The position numbers and the translations under genes are program-made. This document shows, one piece after another, positions 1 through 9,866 of a DNA stretch of 64,000 nucleotides. Origin of the DNA: an uncultured Pseudoalteromonas sp. (GTDB taxonomy: Bacteria; Pseudomonadota; Gammaproteobacteria; Enterobacterales; Alteromonadaceae); the NCBI GenBank assembly GCA_965198975.1, contig OZ240679.1, forward strand, positions 1,052,713 through 1,116,712, read 5' to 3'. Within the stretch, counting starts at the first letter, position 1, and each line of letters starts with the position of its first letter. The notes under the pieces are model-generated. The model worked only from the letters and a program-made list of their open reading frames with translations, was not told the DNA's origin and searched no databases.

Positions 1-163
1 CCGCCAGATGGATATTTCATTGCTTTAGCGGTATCACTGTTATGTATTTTGAGCAGAAAAACGGCCTAATTGCCAACTTAGAGCCCAGGCACTCAAGCGT
101 GTTAAATGCCTTAGGCAAAACATATCAAGAAATGTATTCATAAATTAGGGTGCGGAATGTCGG
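1..163 (+). mobile_element. Terminal fragment (cut by window edge) of an IS1634-family element, including the last 46 codons of its transposase (3..143)
   Basis: Frame from nt 3 reads ARWIFHCFSGITVMYFEQKNGLIANLEPRHSSVLNALGKTYQEMYS*. It is colinear and of equal length with the C-terminus of the transposase at 22934..24361 (ARWVFFCFQGI...DSIYQKIYS*, 16/46 identical). 151..163 TGCGGAATGTCGG is the exact reverse complement of 22915..22927 at the end of that element. Confidence 0.6.
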
Positions 164-1019
164 TTAAACCTTTAGTGGTCGCCATGAGAGCCCACTTGCT
201 TGCTGAGCATAGTTTATGTGCCGACGAAACTCGGGTTCAGGTGTTAGATGAACCAGATAAAAAGGCCACAAGCCAATCTTATATGTGGGTTTATCGTAGC
301 AATGAAATGAGCAAACAACCTGTGGTGATTTATGATTACCAGGCGGGGAGAAGTCGGGCGTGTTTAAAAGAATTTCTAGAGGATTATCTAGGGTACTTAC
401 AGTGTGATGGGTACCCAGTTTATGGCAATCTTAACAATATCATGCCTGTTGGGCACATGCCAGGCGTAAATATGATGATGCACTGAGGGCTGAGTCTAAA
501 AATAAAGTCAGGGCTCATAAAGCCCGCAGCTTCATCAGCAAGCTTTATAAATTAGAAACGCAGGCAAAAAATAAAAAACTCAGTGCCCAGAAACGCTATC
601 AATTACGACAAGAAAAAGCCAAACCTATATTGGCCGCATTTAAAATATGGTTAGATGAAGCAAAAACAAAAGTACTTAAAGAGAGCCATATTGGCAAAGC
701 CATCAACTACACGCTTAATCAATGGGATAAATTAAATCACTATATAGAAGATAGTGAATTAGGGCTCGACAATAATATAACAGAGTGGGATATCAGACCC
801 TTTACCACAGGACGGAAAAATTGGATGTTCTCGCAATCAGTAAATGGCGCAGAGGCAAGTGCGATACTTTATAGTATAGTGGTGACATGTAGGGCAAATG
901 ACATCAACCCATATTACTACTTCCAACATTTATTTAAAGAAATGCCAAATCGAGATGACAGTTCAGACTTAACAGATTTAATGCCATGGCATGTGCAACT
1001 AGACTTTGCTCCTAACTAG
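164..1019 (+). pseudogene. IS66-family transposase remnant: N-terminal ~200 aa missing (cut by the IS end at 163) and frameshifted near 445
   Basis: IS66 TnpC hallmarks: CADETRVQVL, SYMWVYRS, LQCDGY. The other frame from 447 reads CWAHARRKYDDA... and runs into ORF 630..1019 (NNITEWDIRPFTTGRKNWMF, NDINPYYYFQHLF). The two halves are in different frames. An IS66-like terminal sequence (reverse complement GTAAACGCGC) ends at ~1044. Confidence 0.75.
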
Positions 1020-1317
1020 GCGCACTGCTTAGTTGCGCGTTTACGGACTAAAATATTGTGATTATGTAATCTAAATTTACTCACTGAGATCAACATAAGT
1101 AAAACACAAATAATTCTAAATAATAACCTTCAAAAAAGTTATTTATTTAGCTTGCGTAAAAATTTGACTAATAAGGGAATAATAAATATATGTCAATTTA
1201 TACTTAAGAAGTCATCAACTCATAATATAAACTACAATTTTGTTGTTGTTTGCACTTTAAATTGACGTAAAGTACCAACTCGGCCGAATATTTAAGATTG
1301 CTGTGATAGTGCTATCA

Positions 1318-1347
1318 AATAGCCCTGGTTGTTTGACCTGGGCTATT
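1318..1347 (-). terminator. Hairpin just downstream of the S74 gene stop
   Basis: AATAGCCC (1318..1325) pairs with GGGCTATT (1340..1347), 11 nt after the stop at 1358. The T-run on the minus strand is short, so efficiency is uncertain. Confidence 0.4.
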
Positions 1348-1357
1348 ATTTTTATTT

Positions 1358-2542
1358 TTATTTTTCTATCGAGTTAACTTTTTCTTCCAATTCGGATATC
1401 ATTTTTTGTTGCTCCTGAACAACTTTTGTAAGTACACTTACTATATCTATAGGTCTAATAGTTTTTCTACTTTTTGTTGAAACAAGGTCTGGAACATCTT
1501 CAGCGATAAAGCCAACTTGTTGTTCGCTGTTATTTTTATAATGGAAAGTAACGGGGTTCAATTGGTTTATTGCTTTCAAAGCATCTTCTGTGCTTAAATC
1601 AAAAATCTTTTCCTTTAAAGAGCGACTAGAACCGACATCCCATGTTCCGGTTGATGCAGTGTACTGACCACCAGTTCCAGCACCTGTAGCACCATACCCC
1701 ATAATCATATCACCGTCGGTTTCCAATGTGACTTTAACGTCACCTCCACTACCAGCACCGTTTCCTGCCACAAGTTTTAAATTATGATCTGATTGGGCGC
1801 CTATGTTAACAGCACTATTAGCTCCTGTAATCGTCGCTATTCCTGCTCCAACACGTTCCATCAATAATTGAGCATTACTACCATTTCTAACTACATGCAT
1901 TGGAGTACTAGGTGAGGATGTACCGATACCAATATCACCTGTATCTTCTATGTAAATACTATCTTGTGGGGCTGAAGGCTCTATTCTAAATGATAATTTA
2001 CTACCATTACTCGCATCTCGAATAAAGAAATTAGCTTCGTTTCCTGCAACATCCCAAATTTGTGCGCCAAAGCCTGAACTACCATCTTGTTCCAGGCGAA
2101 GAGTTGGTGTGTTACCTGATTTCACATGTATATCAACTACTGGAGTTGAAGTTCCGACACCAATATCACCTTGGGCGTCAACATATAACGCACTAGCTGG
2201 CGCACCAGCATCTACTCTAAATACTTGTCGTGCAGAGTTAGAATCTTCAACTGCAAAGTAGTTTGCGCCACCATTTGAGGAATCGTTAAAAACTAGTCGC
2301 CAATCATTAGATGGAAATGAGGCACTGGTACTTGTGTCTTGAGCATGAATTCGTAGATTATTCTCTTTTATTCGCATGGTATCGAAACCAAAACTTTCTC
2401 CATTGACACAGTCGTTGCCAATACATGCACTAAAGGTAATAATTACGTCGTCTAAATGTTGAATATCAGCCGATGAATTAAAGGATGTCATTAATGCTAA
2501 TGTGAGCGCACTTAGTTTTGCGCCGTTTTTTATGTTAATCAT
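1358..2542 (-). CDS. Secreted tail-fibre-like protein with C-terminal peptidase S74 / intramolecular chaperone autoprocessing domain
   Basis: N-terminal signal peptide MINIKNGAKLSALTLALMTSFNSSADI. Two GDIG(V/I)GTS(T/S)P...HV stalk motifs. The last 90 aa (SSRSLKEKIFDL..NPVTFHYK..GFIAEDVPDLV.. then a coiled coil) match the S74 pattern seen in endosialidase and phage tail fibres. Confidence 0.75.
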   Translation of the reverse strand: MINIKNGAKLSALTLALMTSFNSSADIQHLDDVIITFSACIGNDCVNGESFGFDTMRIKENNLRIHAQDTSTSASFPSNDWRLVFNDSSNGGANYFAVEDSNSARQVFRVDAGAPASALYVDAQGDIGVGTSTPVVDIHVKSGNTPTLRLEQDGSSGFGAQIWDVAGNEANFFIRDASNGSKLSFRIEPSAPQDSIYIEDTGDIGIGTSSPSTPMHVVRNGSNAQLLMERVGAGIATITGANSAVNIGAQSDHNLKLVAGNGAGSGGDVKVTLETDGDMIMGYGATGAGTGGQYTASTGTWDVGSSRSLKEKIFDLSTEDALKAINQLNPVTFHYKNNSEQQVGFIAEDVPDLVSTKSRKTIRPIDIVSVLTKVVQEQQKMISELEEKVNSIEK

Positions 2543-3039
2543 TAGTGATCACCTCTTTTGTTCAATTTATTAGTCTTGGGGAATTTGTTTGCTATTACTT
2601 CTTTTTTATCTTTTACAACAACAATTTCATTGTATTCAGTTGCAAACTGGCCCGCTGTAACATCAATAACACTGATCTTTCCTCTGGCATCGGCAGAGCG
2701 CCCATTGTTCATTGTATCTTTGACTTCGGCTACATGTTTTATTGCTTTAACTTCGTAATTATACGATCCATCATAAGGAAGATTTAATTCATCAATACTT
2801 AATGTTGGTATATCAGATTCAAACTGATGGTTATATCCGCCATCTCCAGATATAGAAATAATGTATTTGTCATAGTTCTTAACCGCAGTGAAATCTATAT
2901 GTTTAGATGATTTTGTGGTAACAATTTTAGTTGCTTTAACCTGTTTTAACTCGTATAAGTTCTCTTGTGCAATTGCATTATTTGCAACACCAGTAATAGC
3001 GCATGTTGCGAATGCTGCAATAGTGACGATACGACGCAT
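2542..3039 (-). CDS. Hypothetical secreted protein (165 aa), translationally coupled to the S74 gene
   Basis: Signal peptide MRRIVTIAAFATCAITGVANNAIA/QE. Its TAA stop overlaps the ATG of the downstream gene (TAATG at 2540..2544). I recognise no family. Confidence 0.55.
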   Translation of the reverse strand: MRRIVTIAAFATCAITGVANNAIAQENLYELKQVKATKIVTTKSSKHIDFTAVKNYDKYIISISGDGGYNHQFESDIPTLSIDELNLPYDGSYNYEVKAIKHVAEVKDTMNNGRSADARGKISVIDVTAGQFATEYNEIVVVKDKKEVIANKFPKTNKLNKRGDH

Positions 3040-3288
3040 AGTCCTAACTCCTCGTTAGTGTTGTTTTACTTAACAGGCAATTTGCTACAATAGGCTATTG
3101 AGTTAATTTGTTAAGTTTCCTAATAATATTGTAACAAAAGATACTGGGAATGAAAGCGTAAAAGTGTCTGTTATTGGTCTGATGAGTCTAATGATTTTGT
3201 ATTAATTCATTCAAAAAGCAAAGCAGGATTGGCATCTGCTGTTTTTTAAGGGAGAATAGAAAGATAAAATATCCTGAGGAATATAAAA

Positions 3289-6200
3289 TTGTACCAGATC
3301 CGAAGCCCTATTTTCATCTTTATTATTGTTACTTTTTGTTTTATTTTTTCAGCGAATAGTAATGCAAATGATAACTCATTAAACGATATTTTAAATGCAA
3401 TTAATGGCTTAGAAAAAGGGTCTGAGCCTAAATGTTATGCAACAGCATCGCGTTTAGAGGATTTTATGTATGGTACTCCGTTTGAAGATCAGGCTAGATT
3501 CGCTAAAAATATCTTACAAAAAGAGTTTATTAGAAATACTTGGCTTCAAGCATCATTAATTGCTGTTGCTGAAAATGAAGAAGTGGTTTTAAAGTCTCAT
3601 ATAGATTCTGTGGTAAATAAGTTATTTACCACAGAGAAAGACAAAAATGACCACTGGACATTGTTATTTAATAATTCAAAGCAAAATTTAACGATTCATA
3701 AAGACGATAAGCGTCAATATGCAAGTATTGCTTATTCGCTAAGGGCTGTATTGGCTGTACAGCAAGATGCGTTAATGGATGTTGAACATGTATTTTTGCC
3801 TCTATCTGATAACGCGCTTAATCAACTTAAAAACAAGCTTGATCTCTATACCCTGGCGGTACTTAAAGTTGCTGATAATAAAGCTAAAAAGCTTAATGAA
3901 AAGTTGATCACGGTATCAAATATAAATCATATTTGGCATACGTTAAGTAAGCCTGTTTTTTTAGTAAATCAAGCTGAAAGTGAAAACGTTCAAAGCAAAA
4001 TAAATGAATATAAAATCGTAGAGCCTGTGTTATTAAAACAAATAGCAGAGAAAAAACTAACTGCATATGCAGCATATAATAAGGTGAGTAACCAGTTATT
4101 CATCAGAAACTTACAAGTATACTTTGCGCGTGTTAGCTGGCCCGAGAATGAAAAAGAATCGAAGGAGATTATATCTCTTTTTTCTAGCTTGTTAATTGAA
4201 TTTTCTGCTGGTTTATATGATGGTGCACAAAAATTAGCAATGGAAAAAGAGTTAAGCGTTATTTCAGAGCAGTCAGTATATGATTTTGCAAAAGTGTTTA
4301 TCCCGCATAAAGTGAATGAGTATGAAGATGTATTGTTTTTTCCAAATTTCGATAAAAATAAACAAATATATTTAGAATCGTATGATATGGATGCTTTTCG
4401 CGATGCTGGAGTGCATTGGCAGTATTTAACTCAGGCTGTTTTTTCTAAAGAATTCAAAGTGTATTTAGAACCGGATCCTTTTTCTGCGGAATTATTAGTG
4501 GAGAACATAGCACAATACGGGGTGTTATTGTTACGCGTTGCTGGAAATATCGCGAAACTGAATCATGATGAACGATTAAAACCAGACCACTTAATTAAGG
4601 CTACTGCCCAACTAACAAACAAGGTTGCATTACATGCAACATTAAAATCAAAACAAAAAAGTCATACTAATATAGCGTCTGCTAATTCTTCGACGCAAGA
4701 AGTAAAGCAAGGATTCTCTAATGTAACGTCTGAATCGGGGCTTTTATTTGAACATAAATCATCAGATTGGTTAAATCGGCAATTAAGAACTTTTATTAAA
4801 AAAGACAGTTCAACTGGCATTATTACTATTCCACCTGCATTTGGTGGTTCTGGGGTCGCGGCAGAAGATGTTAATAATGATGGTTTTATTGATATTCTAC
4901 TTTTGGGCGGAAGAGGTAATAAATTATATATAAACGATGGAAATGGTACATATAAAGACCGAACAACTGAATACAACCTAGATTGGTTACGAGAGCAAGA
5001 TTCTCATCCTGGTGAAGTTCGCCAACCTTTAATCGCAGATATAAATAATGATGGCTGGCAAGATATTATCATTACTTATGTGAATGATGAACATAGAGTT
5101 TATAAAAATATTGAGGGTAAAAAGTTTGAGGATGTAACACACATTGCTAAATTAGGAGGGAAAGGTAATGTGGGTGGCCCTGCGACACTTTTTGATTATG
5201 ATAATGATGGTGATCTAGATTTATACATCACTTATTTTGGTAATTATATTAAAGGTGATTTACCCACTTTAAAACGCAGAAATAGTAATGGGCAGCCAAA
5301 TCAATTTTTTGAAAATTTGGGGGCGTTTAAATTTGAAAACCGTTCTGTCGATTCAGGTTTAGATCATACTGGTTGGGCGCAGGCTGTTGCGCATACGGAT
5401 ATAAATAATGATGGTTGGCAAGATGTGATTGTTGGCAATGATTTTGGTGTAAACGCTTATTTTATCAATAACAGAAATGGCAAGTTTGAGGAAGTATCAG
5501 AAAAGCTGGGAACAGATAAACCTTCATATACCATGGGGATTGGTATTAGTGATTTAAATGCGGACTTGATACCTGATATTTATATTTCAAATATAGTCAC
5601 TATGAATAAAGATGAATCTTATATACTGCCTAATGAAGATACAAAACTAAAATTTAATGCTGAAAAATTAAGCAGTATGAAAGTGATAGAAGCAAATGAC
5701 TTGTTTATTTCAAACCATAATGGGGAAGATTTACATTACTTGCTGAGCGAAAATATAGGTCGCGGTTATTCTTCAACGGGCTGGTCTTGGGATGCAGACT
5801 TTTTTGATTACGATTTAGATGGTGATGATGATCTGTATGTATTAAACGGTATGAATGAGTTTAACTTATATAGTAGTAAAAACCCTTATTATCGAGACCC
5901 TCTCACGAATGAAGTTAAGCAGTCGCTTATGCCTGTGAGTGCGCAAGAAAGAAATATATTTTTTGAAAATAACAAAGGGAAATTAAATAATCAAAGTGAG
6001 GAGTCCGGATTAGCGCTGCTGGGGAATTCACGTAGTGCAAGCTATTTTGACCGTGATAACGACGGTGACTTAGATATTATTATTAATAACTATCACGAGC
6101 CTGCTGTGTTGTTTAATAATAATGCAGATACTGTTATGCATCATTGGCTAAAAGTAAAGTTAATAGGAAATCCCGAAAAAAGTGTTTCCTTAGATGCGAT

Positions 6201-6411
6201 TGGTGCAAAAATTATCGTTACTTTACCTGATGGTAAAACTATTTGGCGAGAGATTCGTAGCACAGATGGCTATATGTCGGTTCATCCTAAAGAACAACAT
6301 TTTGGTGTTGGTAAGGCTAAGCAAGTTGACTTGAAAATAATTTGGCCTAATGGTGATACTAAGGATTTTAAACAGATTAAAGTTGATCAAAAATTAAAGA
6401 TTGCATTGTAG
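3289..6411 (+). CDS. FG-GAP/VCBS repeat protein with C-terminal ASPIC/UnbV domain (CRTAC1-like) and an unassigned ~500-aa N-terminal region
   Basis: Signal peptide. Repeated Ca-loop motifs DVNNDGFIDILLLG, DINNDGWQDIIIT, DYDNDGDLDLYIT, DINNDGWQDVIVG, DYDLDGDDDLYVL, DRDNDGDLDIIIN. C-terminal HWLKVKLIG...GAKIIVTLPDGKTIWREIRSTDGYMSVHPKEQHFGVG is typical of UnbV_ASPIC. TTG start with GAGGA 8 nt upstream. Confidence 0.8.
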   Translation: MYQIRSPIFIFIIVTFCFIFSANSNANDNSLNDILNAINGLEKGSEPKCYATASRLEDFMYGTPFEDQARFAKNILQKEFIRNTWLQASLIAVAENEEVVLKSHIDSVVNKLFTTEKDKNDHWTLLFNNSKQNLTIHKDDKRQYASIAYSLRAVLAVQQDALMDVEHVFLPLSDNALNQLKNKLDLYTLAVLKVADNKAKKLNEKLITVSNINHIWHTLSKPVFLVNQAESENVQSKINEYKIVEPVLLKQIAEKKLTAYAAYNKVSNQLFIRNLQVYFARVSWPENEKESKEIISLFSSLLIEFSAGLYDGAQKLAMEKELSVISEQSVYDFAKVFIPHKVNEYEDVLFFPNFDKNKQIYLESYDMDAFRDAGVHWQYLTQAVFSKEFKVYLEPDPFSAELLVENIAQYGVLLLRVAGNIAKLNHDERLKPDHLIKATAQLTNKVALHATLKSKQKSHTNIASANSSTQEVKQGFSNVTSESGLLFEHKSSDWLNRQLRTFIKKDSSTGIITIPPAFGGSGVAAEDVNNDGFIDILLLGGRGNKLYINDGNGTYKDRTTEYNLDWLREQDSHPGEVRQPLIADINNDGWQDIIITYVNDEHRVYKNIEGKKFEDVTHIAKLGGKGNVGGPATLFDYDNDGDLDLYITYFGNYIKGDLPTLKRRNSNGQPNQFFENLGAFKFENRSVDSGLDHTGWAQAVAHTDINNDGWQDVIVGNDFGVNAYFINNRNGKFEEVSEKLGTDKPSYTMGIGISDLNADLIPDIYISNIVTMNKDESYILPNEDTKLKFNAEKLSSMKVIEANDLFISNHNGEDLHYLLSENIGRGYSSTGWSWDADFFDYDLDGDDDLYVLNGMNEFNLYSSKNPYYRDPLTNEVKQSLMPVSAQERNIFFENNKGKLNNQSEESGLALLGNSRSASYFDRDNDGDLDIIINNYHEPAVLFNNNADTVMHHWLKVKLIGNPEKSVSLDAIGAKIIVTLPDGKTIWREIRSTDGYMSVHPKEQHFGVGKAKQVDLKIIWPNGDTKDFKQIKVDQKLKIAL

Positions 6412-6446
6412 TAGCACAGAAAGGTGTATTTTTATAATTATTTGAA

Positions 6447-8696
6447 TTGGAAACTATTTTGCGTATTTTAATCTTTTTATTCATATTATGTGGATATTTA
6501 TTGTGTCAGGCTAAAGCGGCGGTTGCTCCTCCCATTGGTATGTTTATTAATGAAGCTGAATTTGCGAGTTGGCAAAAGGAGTTTGAAAACCGTAAACTAG
6601 TATTAGAGCAATTAATGAAAGATGCTGGTCTCAAGTACTCTCATTCAAATTACTTAAACCGGCTGATCTTTGAGGCTTCTCCTTACTTATTACGTCATGC
6701 AACTAATCCGATAGATTGGCAATCTTGGCAAGATAGCGTATTAGGCCAGGCAGAAAAAGATAATAAACTCATATTTTTATCTATCGGTTACTCTACATGT
6801 CATTGGTGCCATGTGATGGAGAAAGAGAGTTTTATTGATTTAGAAGTCGCGAAGGTTCTCAATACGTCTTTTACTTCAATAAAAATAGATAGGGAGCTAA
6901 AGCCTGATATTGATCAGTATTTCACTAATGCTTTAGAATTAATCACCGGAAGTGCTGGATGGCCAATAACAGCTATTTTAACACCTGAGGGTAAACCTGT
7001 TTGGTTAGGATCATATATTGAAAAAAATAAGCTTATTAAAATTCTTAACAGGCTAAATACGGTTTGGCAAAAGAGTCCAGATAGAATTAATCAAGTAGCT
7101 AAAAATATTGCATTACAGTTAAATGTAGAATCAGTTGACAATGCCGTTAAGTGGCGTAAAGACCTTCCTGACAATTTAGTCTTAAAACAAATAAATGAGT
7201 TAGATAATGAACATGGCGGCTTACCCGGAGCGCCTAAGTTTCCTAATGCAACTTTATTGCAATTATTAATATATCAATACCAATTATCACCAGAACAATC
7301 ATTAAAGCAGCAAATAACTTTGAATTTGAATAATGTGCTTAAAAAAGGGTTAAGAGATCATCTTAACGGTGGCTTTTATCGTTATTCAATCTATGATACC
7401 TGGATGCAGCCTCACTTTGAAAAAATGTTATATAATCAGGCGTTACTAATTTCCGTATATTCTAAGGCTTATAGTGTTTTTAAAAATGAAAACTATAAAA
7501 ATGCGGCTATTGATACGATCAATTTTGTTGAAAACTCATTAAAGGATAGTCAAGGTGGTTTTCATAGTGCAATAGACGCTGATTATAACGGTAAAGAAGG
7601 GCGGTATTATGTATTCTCTGAAACCGAACTGGCGGCAGTATCTCCTGCTGTTATCGCACATTATGACTGGTATCAATATAAAGGTTCTAATTTGAAAGTG
7701 CCTTATAACCCAAAAGGTGACTGGGTAGCTGCTAAAAGTGAATTGTTGCAAGTTAAATCAGATCTCGTAAAACCTCATATTGATAAGAAAGTGATCACAG
7801 CATGGAATGCTTTGATGGTTACGGCCTATATTGATGCCTATGTTAATCTAGATGAAAGAAAGTTTTTGCATTCGGCAATACAATTAGCAAATTACTTGGT
7901 TAATAATCACCATCTTGAAGTTGGAGGGTTAAGCCGAGCCCGTTTTGGCGGTAAATTTTCAGGTAAGGCTACTTTAAATGATTATGCCTATATATCATCG
8001 GCACTTTTAGATCTTTATCTGGTTACTTCGGATAAATTATGGTTAAAGGCGTCAGTTAATTATTATCGTGAGGGTAGTACTTTATACGCTAAAGACTACA
8101 AAGGGGAAGAGATCACACTTAATACACAAATCAATGATGGTGAATTAATTTCTGGTCATGTGATTTTAGTTGCGACAGGTGCTCGATTAAATGAACTAGG
8201 AGAAAAAGTATATCAGCAATTGAAACCTCAATTAAATAAATTAAAAACAGCAATCAGTGAACCCTCAAGTAATAGTTTTTCAGCAATCGAATTTTTGTTA
8301 AAACAAAATCACGGCGACTTCAAAATCATCAAACATTTTGCGAAAGGAAAAGGTAAAGTTAGCTACAAATTAGTTAATGATGAAATTATTTTAAATATCC
8401 ACATGGATGAAGGTTGGCATATTAATTCTGATAAACCAAATCAGAAATTTTTGATATCAACAGCGTTAAAATCGAGAACAGGTGTATTGTTAAATATCAG
8501 TTATCCTCCTGCTGTTGAAAAAAAATTAGGTTTCAATCAATCAATATTAAGTTTATTTGAGGGTAGCTTTAAAATTAAGTCAAAGTTAGGAGAAAGGTCT
8601 GTATTTGGCGAAACGTTTGAGCTTAGGCTACAAGCATGTAGTGATAAAGTTTGTTTATTGCCAGAAACCCTTAAATTTCATATAGCAGGAAAATGA
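6447..8696 (+). CDS. Periplasmic thioredoxin-domain protein (DUF255/YyaL-like with alpha/alpha-barrel body) fused to a C-terminal DsbD-N-like domain
   Basis: N-terminal signal-like segment. NPIDWQSWQD...GYSTCHWCHVMEKESF (CxxC at 6798..6809) is the DUF255 signature. The C-terminus (GWHINSDKP...ISYPPAVEK...FEGSFKIK...LRLQACSDKVCLLPETLKFHI) fits the DsbD N-terminal pattern (Q-x-C-x3-C-x-x-P). The TTG start is uncertain. Confidence 0.7.
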   Translation: METILRILIFLFILCGYLLCQAKAAVAPPIGMFINEAEFASWQKEFENRKLVLEQLMKDAGLKYSHSNYLNRLIFEASPYLLRHATNPIDWQSWQDSVLGQAEKDNKLIFLSIGYSTCHWCHVMEKESFIDLEVAKVLNTSFTSIKIDRELKPDIDQYFTNALELITGSAGWPITAILTPEGKPVWLGSYIEKNKLIKILNRLNTVWQKSPDRINQVAKNIALQLNVESVDNAVKWRKDLPDNLVLKQINELDNEHGGLPGAPKFPNATLLQLLIYQYQLSPEQSLKQQITLNLNNVLKKGLRDHLNGGFYRYSIYDTWMQPHFEKMLYNQALLISVYSKAYSVFKNENYKNAAIDTINFVENSLKDSQGGFHSAIDADYNGKEGRYYVFSETELAAVSPAVIAHYDWYQYKGSNLKVPYNPKGDWVAAKSELLQVKSDLVKPHIDKKVITAWNALMVTAYIDAYVNLDERKFLHSAIQLANYLVNNHHLEVGGLSRARFGGKFSGKATLNDYAYISSALLDLYLVTSDKLWLKASVNYYREGSTLYAKDYKGEEITLNTQINDGELISGHVILVATGARLNELGEKVYQQLKPQLNKLKTAISEPSSNSFSAIEFLLKQNHGDFKIIKHFAKGKGKVSYKLVNDEIILNIHMDEGWHINSDKPNQKFLISTALKSRTGVLLNISYPPAVEKKLGFNQSILSLFEGSFKIKSKLGERSVFGETFELRLQACSDKVCLLPETLKFHIAGK

Positions 8697-8779
8697 TTTT
8701 TGGCTGGGAAAAATGAAGTAAGCTTACTAAGGGGTGTAACTTACTTCATAATTATTGTATAGAGATCTTAGAAATAGTT

Positions 8780-9724
8780 TTATTTAAATTTAAAATGTTG
8801 TATTAAGTTATCAACGTTTGTTTTGAATGTTTTCTTATCTTTTTTCTCTGATTGACTTTGTACCAACAAAAACTTTTCTTTTTGATAAGAAAGTATTTGA
8901 TAAATAAAAACAGGTTCTTCCTTTAATTGTGCGTAAGCAGTAGTTGCAAGTGCAGGAATATTATTAATTTTTATCATTTCATTTTTTAAAATTTCAACAT
9001 TTTTGTAATGCTTACTGTTTTTAATAAAATGATCGGATAAAGTTTTAATTTCCTCGATGGGCTCTTTAGTTTTTCCGTGGCTCACAACAACCGATTCAAC
9101 CTCACTTTTATTTTCTATGGGTAATAAAACTATCGAGTTGGCATATCTTTGTTTTAATTTGAAACTTGGCGTATCACTAAACTCAAATGGTAAACCTGTA
9201 TATACTCGTAAGTTATCTTGGGTAGCAACGGAAAGTGATAGCAAACTCTCTTTAATAGCAAGTTTATGTTGCTTACTAGCGCCTTCAGGATAGCTGGCTT
9301 CGAGCTGTATACTTGATAATTTATCACCCGCTATTAGCCATAGTTTTTCGAAATAAGTACCAGCAATATTTTGCCTTAACGTCATAAGCGTGCAAAGTGC
9401 ACCACCTACTTCAATTTGTTCTTTATTGATAAGCTTAAGTTTATTTTTTAACAAATTTTCTTTAGTTAAACTTGTTATATATCCGGTAAAGGGGGCTTCG
9501 ACTTCAGAAATACGGATTCGGGAAAAACTTTCAGGTTGTGAAAATCCATAATGTTCTTGCGTTATTCTAAACCCTGAAGGGGCAATTAAACCCACTTCGA
9601 TACCTTCGCTAATACGAAACAATTGCGGTGAATTATTTTCTTTTATCTCATCGGATGTGCTTGAACAGGCACATAAAAAGAGCATAGAACTGGCCAGAGC
9701 CAGCGAGTTTAGGCGTTTAATCAT
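8780..9724 (-). CDS. Hypothetical lipoprotein
   Basis: Start moved to the ATG at 9724 (MIKRLNSLALASSMLFLCACSS; lipobox LCAC). No recognisable family. Confidence 0.5.
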   Translation of the reverse strand: MIKRLNSLALASSMLFLCACSSTSDEIKENNSPQLFRISEGIEVGLIAPSGFRITQEHYGFSQPESFSRIRISEVEAPFTGYITSLTKENLLKNKLKLINKEQIEVGGALCTLMTLRQNIAGTYFEKLWLIAGDKLSSIQLEASYPEGASKQHKLAIKESLLSLSVATQDNLRVYTGLPFEFSDTPSFKLKQRYANSIVLLPIENKSEVESVVVSHGKTKEPIEEIKTLSDHFIKNSKHYKNVEILKNEMIKINNIPALATTAYAQLKEEPVFIYQILSYQKEKFLLVQSQSEKKDKKTFKTNVDNLIQHFKFK

Positions 9725-9866
9725 ATTACTCAGCAAACATTTTAATATTATTTCAAAGAGTAACAAATTTTTAAGCATGTTAATAGATTGTGTTTGTTGG
9801 CTGTGATGTACTAAAATGTACTTTGTGCGTCAATTCAGTAACTTTATGCCTAAAAATAACAAAGAG

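Noticed and set aside
1358-3039. Prophage or tailocin remnant explaining the S74 tail-fibre-like gene
   Set aside because: I found no other phage-like gene (capsid, terminase, sheath, baseplate, integrase, lysis) anywhere in the window. In addition, both proteins carry Sec signal peptides, which is not expected for virion components.
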